From contig CM059432.1 of the NCBI GenBank assembly GCA_030390025.1, positions 102,922,001 to 102,986,000 of the forward strand: 64,000 nucleotides of DNA. Direction: 5' to 3'. Every line of letters begins with the position of its first letter. Within the stretch, counting starts at the first letter, position 1. Under the pieces are notes generated by a model that saw nothing but the letters and a program-made list of their open reading frames with translations, ran no database searches and was not told the DNA's origin. A program made the position numbers and the translations under genes. Shown here piece after piece: positions 35,372 to 48,778 of this stretch. The stretch is from Squalus acanthias. Lineage: Eukaryota.

Positions 35372-35548
35372 GGCCCAGAATTTTTTGAATAATAGCAGTT
35401 TGTGAACAGATGCCCTGTTTACCTCGTTGCACCATTATCAGCTCACACTTCCAGCAACTTCCAAAAGAAATTTAAGCCGAAGGGTGCAAGAACATGTCTA
35501 ACTCACAGGACACATCCTGAGATGCCCTGCTGCCGAAAATTCTGGGCC
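35372..35548. mobile_element. Short Harbinger-type MITE (177 bp)
   Basis: TIRs GGCCCAGAATTTT / AAAATTCTGGGCC with an ATT TSD. Confidence 0.85.
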
Positions 35549-35923
35549 ATTAAATTGAACTGATCAATTTGAGGAGTATCATCTTTCTTTTACTTATATT
35601 AATCTAATATAAAAGCATAATTAGATTGGCCATGACTACACATGATTTCTTTTTCAAATATTGAAGTTGCCCCTGCAGAAATGAATAATTGTCATCACTG
35701 ACTAAAGAGAAGAGAACCAGTATTTAACACAACAACTAACCTAAACTTTATCAAAATCATACACCCTGATTTGGGTTGATAGAGGAATTAAAGACTGATT
35801 GTAAAATTACCATATCTTCATTTGGACAGTAATTTGACTGTTTTGGCTTTGTGCAGTACTTTTATTTTACCACTAGATGTCTTCTTCACAGTACATTGTT
35901 CCAAACCTCACTGTCAACATCCA

Positions 35924-36788
35924 GGCCGGGATCTTACCTGAGGAGGCGCGTTGGGGATGGGACTGCTGGTTTCCGGGTTCTAGTCCCGCCCCCAGCAACA
36001 TCTGATGACCTGACGCTATTTTCCCCTGATTGGCCTTGTTAAGCCCGCCCTGCAGGCTTGCCGGCCAATTAAAGGAAAGCGGGTGTCAGATGACGTCAGT
36101 GCATGATGCTTCATCTGCCGGTTTTGTTAAAGTGACAGGCCCCATAATTTTTTTGACAGATGATTTGACAGTGTTTGACAGCATTGAGGTGCTGTCAAAC
36201 ACTGACAATCACTGTCCAAAGGTGAGCCCTTACACTCAGGCTCACCAATGACTCTCTCCTTAGGAGAAAACAGATGGCAGCATGTGAGATTGCAGAAGCC
36301 ATCTGTCAATTCCCCCGATCAGATGAGGCTTCCCAGAAACATCAAATCTTGTCACCTGCAGATACATATAAACAGAATAAAAATATTTCTCACTACATTC
36401 TCTCACCTGTCATACTTACCTGTGCACCATTGCACCCATTACACTAACTCTGCAGCTGTCATTTGCACATTTACACTGCAGCAGACCCACAGCTCGCCTC
36501 GCTGACCCTGGCGGGGTTTCCTGTCGTCGGGAAGGCCGCATGAGCAGGCTGAAAATGGGGAAAAGCCTCTTAACTGCCTGTTAACTACCCGTTAACAGGC
36601 AGTTAATTGGCTCTAATCCCCTTCCCGCCGCTAGGAGACGGGTCCCTGCGCGAGTCGGGGACCCGTCTCCCAGGAAGATGGTTCGGAGGTGGGTTGGGAG
36701 CGGGGTAGGGACCCGCTCCCAATTTTTCCCATTTTCCCAGCAGTCCCGCCTCCAAACCCGCCTCCTCAGGGCTGGTAAAATCCAGCCC
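35924..36788. mobile_element. Harbinger-type MITE (~865 bp)
   Basis: Imperfect TIRs GGCCGGGATCTTACC / GGTAAAATCCAGCCC extended by inverted CTGAGGAGGCG..GGGACTGCTGG arms. Flanks are CCA/CTA. Confidence 0.75.
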
Positions 36789-37112
36789 CTAGTGACAGAA
36801 AGTCATTTCTAACTCTTCACTGTATGAATTTTGCTCACTTTTAAAAATAAATGGTACATAGAATAGATATCACTGATTATAAAATTCATGCCAAGAGTGA
36901 GGGGATCCAAATAACTTACAAGTGGCAAAAGAGCCAGGGACGTGTGTAGGTCCTTTAATAAGCGGAATAAATGCCATATCTAATAGGGAATATCAAGTAC
37001 AGTATTATGTTTACAACAAGCATTTGGTTGATGGTGAAAAGAGAACTGGATTAATCAGCTTAGCTTTTATAATGAGGGTCTCAGTGGGGAAGGGTACACG
37101 CATGATATTGTG

Positions 37113-37460
37113 GTTAACTTCTTTACCCAGATCGTAGTTAAAATCTGGAACTTGTTACCACATGGAGTAGCTGAGGTGAATAGCATAGATGCATTTAAGG
37201 GGAAGCTCGATAAGTTTATGAGGGAGAAAGGAATAGAAGGTTTTGCTGATAGGGTTAGCTGAAGTAGGGTGGGAGGAGGCTCGTGTGGAGCATAAACACC
37301 AGCATAGACCTATTGGGCCGAATGGCCTGTTTCTCTACTGTAAATTCTATGTAAGAGTGGATACAGAGAGAATGTTTCCACTTGTGGGGAAGAGCATAAC
37401 TAGTGGCCATCAATATAAGATAGTCACCAAGAAATCCAATCGAGAATTCAGGAGAAACAG
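37113..37460 (+). mobile_element. CR1 3' fragments
   Basis: Matches the CR1 3' end at 20150-20460. Confidence 0.8.
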
Positions 37461-38879
37461 GTGTCCTGGTGCAGCTTGTGGGATTGAGGCCTCGATATCA
37501 GTGAGGTTAGTTACGGGTTGACTGTCGCGATCGCAGAGTGTGGTGGTCCCGGGACGGCATTGGCCCAGATTATTTTTGTGGGCCCTCGAGAAGCAGGAGT
37601 ACTCCTCCGGGGCCAACAAAAATAATTCAATACTTACCTTTAGAGGGCCTCTTTGGTTCCATCGCCTGTGGAACCGATTGGAGCCTGCACTGAGCTCATT
37701 CCCACCTGTTCCAATAAAAAATCATAATCGGGGTCCTATTTACACCCTAGCACCCCGATTTCCATATTAAAGAGGACCTATCAGTTGAAACCGGTAGGAG
37801 CTTTGGACACCCAGCGGAAGGCTCCTTTCAAAATTGAGCTGGCCGCTTCATTGGTGTTAACGGACAGAAATGCTACTGACCCCACTTTAAGGTTGTTAAC
37901 GTCAGGCGAAGGCAGTCAAATTTGACCCCGATATATTTAAGTGACCACTTGATTGCACCTCAAGTGTATAGTCAGATACATTTCTGTTATAGTAACAGCA
38001 GCATTACATAGAATGATTTACATAGGATTACATAGGATATACGGCACAGAAACAGGCCATTCGGCCCAACCAGTCCATGCCGGCGTTTATGCTCCAAACG
38101 AGCCTCCTCCCGTCTTTCCTCATCTAAATCTATCAGCGTAACCCTCTATTCCCTTCTCCCTCAAGTGTTTGTCCAGCCTCCCCTTAAATGTTCTATACTA
38201 TTCGCTTCAACCACTCCCTGTGGTAGCGAGTTCCACATTCTCACCACTCTGTGGGTAAAGAAGTTTCTTCTGAATTCACTATTTGATTTGTTGGTGACTA
38301 TATTATATTGATGGCCTCTAGTTTTGCTCTTCCCCACAAGTGGAAACACTCTGGCCGCGACTTTGCCAGCGCTCAGAGGGCAGGTCAGAGGTTAAAGTCA
38401 TTTTGATTGATGGCAGGTTGCGAACCCGCCGTCATCCCGCCTCCACACAACCTTGCATGGTGTCAGGTCTGGGAGTCCCGATCAGGCCCGCCACCAAGCA
38501 GCGGGAGAGGCACTTAAGGCAGTTAACAGCTTGTTAACTGGCTACATAACCCCATTTTAACAGGCTCTTCCAATTTTACGACATTTTCAGCGTGTTCCAC
38601 GTCGTGCGCCAAACACGCCAGCTGATTGTGGTGGGTTGAGCAAGTACCTGAATTCTTGTCAGCTGCTCCTGCAGCATAAAAGCGGACCTGGAACATGGCT
38701 GACTTTGAGATGACAGAACTTTGGGGTTTGAGGTGTTGGAACACATTTTGCAGGTCTGTTGAGCTTGTAAGTGTTTAAGCTAAGATCCATATGCACTGTG
38801 ACCTCCTTGGAAAACCCTCTCCCCACATTGACTGAGCGCTTATAACATCTATTCCTCAACTGAGTTATATACCAGCGGA

Positions 38880-40093
38880 ATGGGAACCATTTATACCCAC
38901 ACATCCTGGTCCTCAGAATCGGAGGAAGAGCAGCCGCGGCAGCAGCAGAAGCAGGCACAACAGCAGCAGCAACAACAGGAGCGCCAACCTTCTCCTCACC
39001 CACCTGATGATGCGCAGGGCAGAGGGCGTCAGTGCAGGGCTGCACCTCGCCGCAGGAGATAACCCCCAACACAGGGTTTACAGGCCGAGGATGAGCTTCC
39101 TCAACATGAGTGAGCAGCAGTGCCAAAGGAGGTTGAGACTTTCGCGAGAGGTAGTCGCTGACATCTGCACAATGCTGCACCAACACCTGGAGCCCAGAGG
39201 AGCGGGTGGACACTCCTTACCAGTGGCTGTCAAAGTCACCACCGCACTCAATTTTCTTTGCTTCGGGGTCCTTCCAGGAATCATCAGCAGACATCAGCAG
39301 CATCTCCCAGTCGGCCGCACACACTTGCATCACGCAGGTTACCAATGCCCTCTTTGCAAAGGCGCACAATTACATATACTTCTCCACGGATGAAGCAAGT
39401 GTAACCGCGCGTGCGGTTGGCTTTGCAAATATGGCAGGCTTACCAAGGGTGCAGGGCATCGTAGACTGCACACATATGGCTATTAGGGCACCCCATCACA
39501 ACACAGCTTTTTTTTCAACTCCCTTAACGTCCAGCTGGTGTGTAACCACAGGAAGAACATTATGCATGTTTGCGCCAAGTTCCCTGGCAGTTGCCATGAC
39601 TCGTTCATCCTGCTGCAGTCTACTGTGCCTCAGCTCTTCAATCCACCAACCCAACTTTCCGGATGGCTACTTGGAGACAAAGGCTATCCCCTGAAGACGT
39701 GGCTAATGACACTGATGAGGAGGCCATCAAACGAAGCTGAGGAGCGCTACAATGAGAGCCACATTTCCACCAGATGCATCATTGAGCAAACCATCGGCTT
39801 GCTCAAAATGCGATTCAGATGCCTCAACAGATCAGGTGGAGCCCTACAGTACTCACCAGCCAGGGTCTCCAGAATCATCGTGGATCTGCTGTGCACTGCA
39901 CAACATCGCACAGCAGCGTGGCTTACCGCTGCCTCAGGAACAAGTGGCTCAGCGCACAGTCTCCTCCTCAGAGGAGGAGGAGGTGGTAGATGAGGAACAC
40001 CTTGCGGAGGCAGATGTGCCAGTTCCACCAGCATGCGAGCACATTGCTGGCCGCGAGGTAAGGGATACCCTAATCCATGCCAGATTCGCTTAA
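38880..40093 (+). pseudogene. Harbinger transposase of H4, frameshifted
   Basis: GIVDCTH, LLGDKGY and [18 protein letters not shown] occur in successive frames. Confidence 0.92.
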
Positions 40094-40390
40094 GTTAATG
40101 AAGCAAACACGTGTGGCTGCCACATGGAAATGAGTGTCTGGCTGACGTTCTTAGCACACCATACACTATCTGTACAATAAACTGTGGGTTCCTATCACTC
40201 TCATCACCATCATTACAGATGAAAGGCATCCTGACACCTCACTGTGACACTTCCATTTCTGGGCACACATAGGCCAACTCTTTGAATCTTTGCCATTGCT
40301 TTTGTTTATTACAATTCAAATAACGATGATAATCTTCACTTTGAATTACATCAAAACACCCAAGTGACTACCCTTGTGACTATTTTTGTG

Positions 40391-43300
40391 TTAACTTTCT
40401 CTTACACGTGTTTCTACGTGGTGCTTCCCCTGTGGCTTCAGCAGATGTTGAGGCACTAATTTCACTTTCATGCTGCTCCTGCTTCGACACCTTTGGCGGG
40501 CATCATCTGGGTTTGGGAGCCTGGAAGGGCTCGGCAACAGTCTGCTCCTCCTGCAGCTGTGCAGGGGCTGAGACAGCCATCTCAGTTGGGTGAGGAATCT
40601 GGGGCTCTGATCGAGGGCTTGGCAGTGGCATGGGAGTGTGAATGCTAGGAGAGGAGCCCAGACTTCCTTGTTGTCGACCACCAACATCCCTCTCATGGGT
40701 TGCCCGCACTTCACTGCTAGCAAGTAGCTGGAGAGCACCTTGCTGCACATCAGTGGGGCCATGAGGACTCGTCTCTGTACTGACAGTCCTCATAACGGGG
40801 TCGTCCATGTACCTCTGGTGTCTCTCCTCAATAGATACCCATCTATCCTCCATAGCATAGCAGACCATCTATTTAGAAGAGTCACCATGCTCTGTTGAGT
40901 CAGGCGACTTATGTCCTCCAAGGAGGTTGCCACCCACACCATGGCGGAACGTTCATGCGCCATTGCCTCCACCATGGCATTGCTGATGGACTCCTCTATT
41001 CTCTGCACACTCGCAGTTACCATGGATGCAAAACCTGTCAGAGACTCCTGCATTTGTTCCTGAAGTTCCAGCACCGCTCTCTTTCTGGATGGCCCCAGAG
41101 GCTCAGCGTCCACATGCAGCTGTGCAGAGCTAGGATCGTCCAGCATTCTCCGACGAGGACTCTCCACTGCTGTCACTGTCTCCACCACCTGCTGATGCTC
41201 ATTTGTGAGCTGCGATACACCAGGTGACAACACTACTCTATCTTGCAAAGGACCCACCAAGGTGTGTGTCTCTGCGCTGGTGCTGGGTGCACTCAATTCT
41301 GCTGCCACTGCGCCCTCAGAGGTTGCAGCTTCCTCTGAGGAGTCTTCTAGCTCTTCCTCCTGGACAGTGGGGAGGGGGCCTCTTGATGGTCCTGTGGGGG
41401 AGTAATGGCATGAGTTAGACATGTGATATTAATGTAGCAGGCATATCGAATTGTGCAGATGATCAGAACTCAATCTGTATGAACATCAGATGCCATATCA
41501 GTCACTCGTGCAATGTAAATGAGAGGGATGCAAATCTATTCTGTCACCAGCTTGCTCTGCTGCGCCCGTCTCTCCGTCCCCCACTTCCAGCTCCTCAGCA
41601 CCTCCAACGATGTGGAGGGCATCCTCCTCAGCGGTGGTCAAGTGGGCAATCGAAGGTGGCCTTCCTCCTGTCCTCCCCCTCTCCCTCTTATTGTGGGCTC
41701 TCTTTTCCTGCAATGAGGGACACAAGTGGAGTTTGAGTGAGAATGTTGGAGTGAGTGTAGAGAATCCATAGCATAGATGCTTAGAGGGAGACAAAGATGG
41801 AGTGAGATGCCAATACCAAGGTCCCTCCCTGTGCGTTGTCAGTTGTTGCCATTGCATAACAGTGATAGCGAGTGTGAGAGGTGCATAGTAGAATGGTGAA
41901 GTGTGTAAAGTTTTGCAATTATCACGATTCAAAATAACACAAGAGAAGCAGATTCGTTTGATCAGTTTTATTAAACGAAATGCTGTCATGATATAAAGGA
42001 CACAGAAGCCTGTAAAATGGCCACCGCGCATCGTGGCAGAAGCTTCCAGAAATACAGTGGGCAGACAAGATGGCGTCGAATAAACATTCAATATAAGATT
42101 GGATCATACTCGATAAACACTGATAAAGACAGGAAGCAACCTGTTTGCATTTTTGACAATAGCAAAGATATAAGTGCTGGAATCGTTTTCCATGCACAAG
42201 TAAGGACCATTGTACTGAGCAATCGAAGGCCCATCCAGACACATCAATACACAAATAACCCCACGGCTCTACAATGAGAGAGACATCGACGGGTGATTAT
42301 GCAAGTATTCGGGGGCCCCCAAAACCAGTCAGGGAGACGATTCATACGATCCTGGCTGGGCCAACAATGGGGAAAACATTAACGGGTAGTTGGCCAGTTT
42401 CAGGTGCTACCAAAACCCGTTAAAGAGAAGAATCGCCCCATGCTGGGAGTTTTGAGCGCCAATATTACACAAAGGACAAACATTAAGATTTGAGCGGGAG
42501 ATAAGGGTACACAGCACTATACAAATGTCCATCGGTCTCTTATTCTCCCGGCTGGCTCTTATCTCTGCTGACTCTTGACTCGGGCTGAAATCTTATGCGC
42601 TGGATTCGGTCTCTTATCTGACTGCTGAACTCTTATTCTCTGGACTCGCTCGACCGCTGGCTGAAGCTCTTCTTTAGGGCTGGACTCTGTTGACTCTTGA
42701 CTTTTAGCCGCACTGGTCGAATGTTGTGTGGAGCTCAATCGGGACGAGCCGCCCCGACAAGGGCAAGTAGCAGGGTGCACCATCCCGAGAGTCGGTAAAC
42801 AGTGTCTGGACCCGAAGGCCCGAAAAGACAAGATGAAACGACAAGAAAAGAAGAAGAATCCACGTGCCGCCACGGTCAGTAAACCCCGACCGCGCCCAAA
42901 AATATAAATACAGAACTCATTCTTCTGAATTCTACGGGTTACTGCACGATCCGGTTTGGGTCCATCGACTTCTTCATGACAACAGGGAGTCTGGCCTGCT
43001 TGTCGCAGCAGCGAAGATAAACAAGTGGGGTACAGAGACCCTTCCAAACACGTGACAGTCAGGCGCTGCAGCGAAACGAGCCGAGTGCCTCACTTTAAAA
43101 TTCTCTGAAGTAACACGAGTGGTGAGCATGTTTCCCGATCCTACAAATCTAGACGTAGTGTAGGTATTGATAAGGGAGGGTGGTTTTATTAAGGATAAAG
43201 TATAATGTGTTCCCCTTTTTACGATGTGCCGTGCGTTCTTCATTACCATAGACCAAGCTTTATGAATGTATGTATACTTGTACTCTCGTTAATTTGCACC

Positions 43301-43952
43301 TATGACATGTACTTCATGATTTTGGACGCTATGCAATAAAGATTTCCATTTCGTACTATTCAACCGGGTCTATTTGAGTTTTTCTCTGCATTACTGCTCC
43401 CTGCACCTAAGTCCAGTGTTAGAACCATAAGGGCGAGTGGGTCGAACCACTCACAGGTGCTTATTGCAATAAGGCTGGCCGGAGACCAGAGCAAGCAATA
43501 GTATTAGGCAACGAAGGCCTAACCTCGCACCAGCACCGTCTGAGACACAAAACCCTTACAAGTGATTCTGTACATAGAGAGAGAGGGATGGTTAAGGGTG
43601 CAAGGGATGTAAGGGTAAAGTGGGATGTGCAGGAGTTGGTTGACAATGCAGAGTGCTGGTGATGAGAGGAGATGGGGAGCAGATTGAAGGTAAGTGTGAT
43701 GTTATACTCACTTTTGCTGAGTGTAGCAGATCATTGAACCTTTTCCTGCACTGCACCCAGGTGCGTGAGCACAAAGACCTGGTGCTCACCTCCTCAGCAA
43801 TTTGCATCCAGGCTGCCTTGGTTTCCTGAGGAGGCTTCCTCCATCCATTTGATGGGAACAGTACCTCTTGGCACCTTCTCACTCCCTCCACAAGAGCATG
43901 GAGGGAATCATCATCAAATCTTGGAGATGCCTTAGGTCTTAAAGCAATCATT
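40391..43952 (-). pseudogene. Spliced Myb/SANT gene of H4, with the LTR in intron 1
   Basis: PRFDDDSL..WMQIAEEV..RTWVQCRKRFNDL exon with a GTGAGT donor near 43711. Exon 2 reads EKRAHNKRERGRTGG. Confidence 0.82.
41904..43560 (+). mobile_element. Solo LTR family X copy 3 (1657 bp)
   Basis: TGTAAAG...CCTTACA termini and an AGTG TSD (41900-41903, 43561-43564). TATAAATA at 42903, GGTGAG at 43121, AATAAA at 43335. Confidence 0.9.
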
Positions 43953-46900
43953 GCGATATGTGCCAAACCGGGAAGCAGCAGAATAGGAATGAACAACATC
44001 AAGGTTGCATGGGCCCCTTAAATGCAGCTGGATGAAAGACATCAGCAGAGGCGAGCAGCAGACCCGAACCCACTGATTGGGCCGGGTAGCGCGCACGACG
44101 GGCTTAATCAGCCCACTTAAGCAAAAATCGTTATTTCACAGCGGCTGAAACCAGCAGCGGGACCGGGACCCGCCAAACAGCCAACCCGACTCCAACCCAC
44201 TGCCAAGGGTAAAATCGAGCCCTCTATGTCTACTCTATCAAAACCTTTCATAATTTTAAAGACCTCTATTAGGTCACCCCTCAGCCTTCTCTTTTCAAGA
44301 GAAAAGAAACCCAGCCTGTTCATCATTTCCTGATAGGGATAACCTCGCATTTCTGGTGTCATCCTTGTAAATCTATATTGCACCCTCTCCAGTGCCTCTA
44401 TATCCATTTTATAATATGGCGACCAGAATTGTTCACAGTACTCCAAGTGTGGTCTAACCAAGGTTCAATACAGGTTTAGCATAACTTCCCTACTTTTCAG
44501 TTCTATCCCTCTAGAAATAAACCCGAGTGCTTGGTTTGCTTTTTTATGGCCTTATTAACCTGTGTCACTACTTTAAGTGATTTGTGTATTTGTACTCCGA
44601 GATCCCTTTGCTCTTCTACCTCATTTAGATTCTTATTTTCCAAGTAATATGTGACCTCTTTATTTTTCTTACCAAAATGTAATACCTCACATTTATCTGT
44701 GTTAAAATTCAATTGCTAATTATATGCCCATTCTGTAAGTATATTAATGTCTTCTTGTATTTTGTTGCATTCCTCCTCAGTATTGACTATCCCCCCCAAT
44801 TTGGTGTCTTTCGCAAATTTAGAAATTGTGTTTTTGATTTAAAAGTCTAAATTGTTAAAATAAATTGTGAACAACATTGGTCCCGGCACTGATCCTTGTG
44901 GGACCCCAATTTCTACCTTCTGCCATCTGAATAGTTACCCTTTACCCCTACTCTCTGTTTTCTGTCTTGAAGCCAGCTAGCTATCCATTCTGCTACTTGT
45001 CCCCTGACTCTGCATTTTCTGAGTTTATTCATTAGTCTATTATGTGGTACCTTATCAAAGGCCTTTTGGAAAACTAGATAAATTACTTCTACTACATTAC
45101 CCTTGTCTACTCTCTCTGTTACCTCTTCAAGGAATTCAGTGAGGTTGGTCAAGCAAGACTTTCCCTTTTGAAATCCATTATTATATTTTTGATTTCTAGA
45201 TGTTCTTCTATTTTTTCCTTTAGTAGGGATTCCTTTATTTTTCCTACCTCTGATGTTAAACTGACTGGTCTATAGTTCCCTGGACATGTTCTATCTCCTT
45301 TCTTAAATGTAGGTATTACATTAACTATACACCAGTCCTCTGGCATTACACCTTTTTCTAACAAATTATTAAATATTTGTAATAGTGCCTCTGCTATCTC
45401 TTCCCTAGATTATTTTAAAATGCACGGATATAATCCGTCCCGACCAGGGGTTTTATCCTCTTTGAGTTTGATTAGTTTATTTAATATTCCTCCTCTTTTT
45501 ATTTTAAATGCAGTTGTATCATTTCTAATCTCATTTTCTGATGCCATACCCACCTGATCTGTCTCCTTGGTAAATACTGAAGCAAAGTAATTATTTAATA
45601 TTTCTGACATTTCACTATCGCTCCCTATGATTTTATCCTGACCGTCCCTTAGTGGCCCTATTCCCAGTCCAACATTCCTTTTTTAATTTATGTGCCTGTA
45701 GAATATTTTACTATTTTGTCTTATGTTCCTTGATAATTTAATTGTATAGTTCCTTTTTGCCTTCTCACTTGATTTTTTGACTTCTCGCCTAATCTCTTCA
45801 TATTCTCCCTTATCATGCTCTCCCATGCTGTCCATCTACTTAGTGTATGCCTATTTCCTTAACCTCAATTTTTTCCTTATGTCTATTCATCCATGGTGTC
45901 TCATTAGTATTTAGTTTTTTCTTGTTTTTTACGGAATATATTTTTCCCTGACTCTGGTGAACACCATTTTAAATGTTTCCCATTGTTGTTCTATATCATT
46001 GTTTGCCAATATTGTTGTCCATTTTATTTTCACAAGTTCTATTCCCAGCCCTTCAAAATTGGCTTTTCTCCAATCTATTACCCTGGTCTTCATCATACTT
46101 ATGTCCTTCTCAATTATTATCTTAAAGCATATTATATTATGGTCACTAGTGCCTAGATGTTCCCCTACTTTTACTTCTCTTATCAGCTCTGGTTCATTCC
46201 CCATTACTAGATCCAATAACGAATCCTCCCTTGTTGGGCTTCTTACATATTGGGTTAGAATGGAGTCCGGTACACATTGTAGGATCTCTATTCCTTTATC
46301 CCCTTTACCTACCTCTTTTGGCCAAATAATTTTGGGGTAGTTGAAATCCCCCATGATTATTATTCTATGCTTTTTACTCATTTCCCTCATTTGTTTGCAT
46401 ATTTCTTCCTCCACCTCCTTTCCACGATTAGGTGGTCTGTAGACTACCCCTATTAATGTGATTGATCCTTTATTACCTTTTATCTCTATCCACATGGATT
46501 CTATTTCTGTCTTACTGATAGCTGCATCACTTTTTTCTACTGCCATTATGTTATCTTTAGTAAGTACAGCTACTGCACCAACCCCTTTTCCCTCTCTATC
46601 TTTTCTAAATATGTTGTACCCTGCAATGTTTAATTCCCAGTTCTAATTTTCTGTTGCCATGTCCCAAATCCTTACTGTATCTGATTCCTCACAACGTATT
46701 ATTGCCTCCAGTTCTCCTGTTTTATTACGGACACTGTGTGCAGTGCTGTACAGACAATTTAACTCATTTTTAATAGCAGTTCCTCTCACTTTATTTTTAA
46801 CCATCTTTTTACATTCTTGTTCTATAACTCTATTTATTCCCTGGCCATCTATTTCCTCCCTTAGTTTAGTCTTTCCTAAGCTCGCCTTTCCTGTTTCATT

Positions 46901-48325
46901 TATATTTAGGCTGGTTTCTTCTCTTGTAGATCCCTTGTTACGAATGCCTCATGCATTCAAATAAAGTGCCTTTAATTTTAACTTTTTACCATTATTCTCT
47001 GCTTTCACCTTATTCGCTGATGCACTATTACCATTAAACTCTCTGTCCTTTTCTGTCACACTCTGCTTATCTTTACCCAAATCGCTACACTGCTTCATTG
47101 CCTTGACTTTTCTCTTTAGCTTTCTAAATTTCCCCTCACCTGACCCCTCCTCCCCCCCTTTTAGTTTAAAGCTCTATCTCTAGCCCTAGTTATTTAATTT
47201 GCCAGGACACTGGTCCCAGCCCAGTTTAAGTGGAGCCCATCCCAATGGAACAGCTCCCTCTTTCCCCAGTACTGGTGCCAATTCCCCATGAATTAAAACT
47301 TCTTCATCCCACACCACTCTTTGAGCCATGCATTTAACTCTTTAATCTGTTTGTCCCTATGCCAATTTGCGCGTGGCTCAGGTAACACTCCAGAGATTAT
47401 TACCTTTGAGGTTCTGCGTTTTAATTTGGACCCTACCTCCTCAAACTCTCTCAGCAGAACCTAATTCCCAGTTCTACCTATGTCGTTGGTTCCTACATGG
47501 ACCTTGACAACTGAATCCACCCACTCCCACTCCAAATTCTTCCCCAGCCGTGAAGAGATATCCTTAACCCTGGCACCAGGCAGGCAACAAAGCCTTCGGA
47601 ACTCCCGGTCGCGGCTGCAAGAACAATATCTGACGATACTGTCCCCTACCACTAGAACATTCCTTTTCACTCCCCCCACTTGAATGGTCTCCGGTACCAC
47701 GGTGCTGTGGTCAGTTTGCTCAAGTACCCTGCAGACTTTGCCCTCATCCACACTGGCAGCAAGAACCTCATACCTTTTGGATATGGGCAAAGGCTGAAGC
47801 TCCCCTGCTGTCCCAAAGCACTAACCAGACGTGTACCATTACCTAGCCTAAGGGGTGTGACTGCCTCCTGGATCAAAGTATCCAGATAACTCTCCCTCTC
47901 CCTGCCCCGCAATGTCTGCACCTCGGACTCCAGCTCCACAACTCTGAGCTGAAGTTCCTCAAGATGCAAACACTTACTGCGGACATGGTTGTCCGGGATC
48001 GCGATGCTTTCCATAAACTCCCACATGCTGCAGTTGCGGAACACCACCTGCACTGCCATCCCTATATAACCTTGTTTTAGTTATTTAATTAATTAGAGTT
48101 GATGTATTTAATTAACTTAGCTTATAGTTTAGTTTTAACTAATTACTAGATCTAGTTTAAGTTATGGGTAGATGAAATTGAATATTTACCTGTAACACAA
48201 AGCACTACAAGTATTGGAGGCAAAAAGCAGCAGTTCCCTCCCCCTCTGCTCGAATTCCCACTCTCTCCAAATTCCCAACTTAAAACTCTGTTTAGAAGCA
48301 CTCCGTTTAAGACCATCTCATTTAC

Positions 48326-48390
48326 CAGTGGAGTAAATGAGATTTTATAAAGAGTAGATTACTCTTTATAAAATCTCATTTACTCCACTG
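48326..48390. repeat. Perfect 31-bp inverted repeat with a 3-nt loop
   Basis: CAGTGGAGTAAATGAGATTTTATAAAGAGTA-GAT-TACTCTTTATAAAATCTCATTTACTCCACTG. Confidence 0.95.
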
Positions 48391-48778
48391 TACATCAGGG
48401 TAGGATGTTTATATTAACAGAATATACAGCATTTCCATATAAATACAGGAATTCTTGCCTCCAACAGTAATTTACTTCACATGTTTTTTTATTGGCAGGA
48501 TAATGGGAAGTCCTGCTATTATATGGGATTTCATATTGGCATTTTCCATGCCCGAGTTTCCAAGAGGCCCAAGAAAATAGCTGCAAGTCAGCTAAAGTGG
48601 AAACTCATAAAATAGCTGCCAAAGGTTTTCAGTAGTTATTTTTTTTTCCAACCTAACAGAGTGATGGATTTTGTCACAGTCAGATTCTGAAAAGCTTGAG
48701 ACAGGGCTACACATGTCTGCTCTGATTTTGACTTTAAAGGGAGGGAGCAGGTACTGGCACTGGTAGCAACAAACAAAC

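Larger units (their letters stand above)
38353..44222. mobile_element. PIF/Harbinger transposon H4 with nested LTR X3
   Basis: TCT TSD (38350-38352, 44223-44225) and imperfect TIRs. The CR1 sequence is continuous across the insertion. Confidence 0.9.
38005..48300 (-). mobile_element. Long, chimeric, degenerate CR1 LINE interrupted by Harbinger H4
   Basis: ORF1 esterase motifs (VVGDSIVR, CLPGARVKDI, VHVGTNDIG) at 47460-48059 and APE motifs (VYRPP, MGDFN, SDHN) at 45929-46546. RT lies at 44223-45400, and the 3' end with tail at 38005-38352. Confidence 0.9.
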
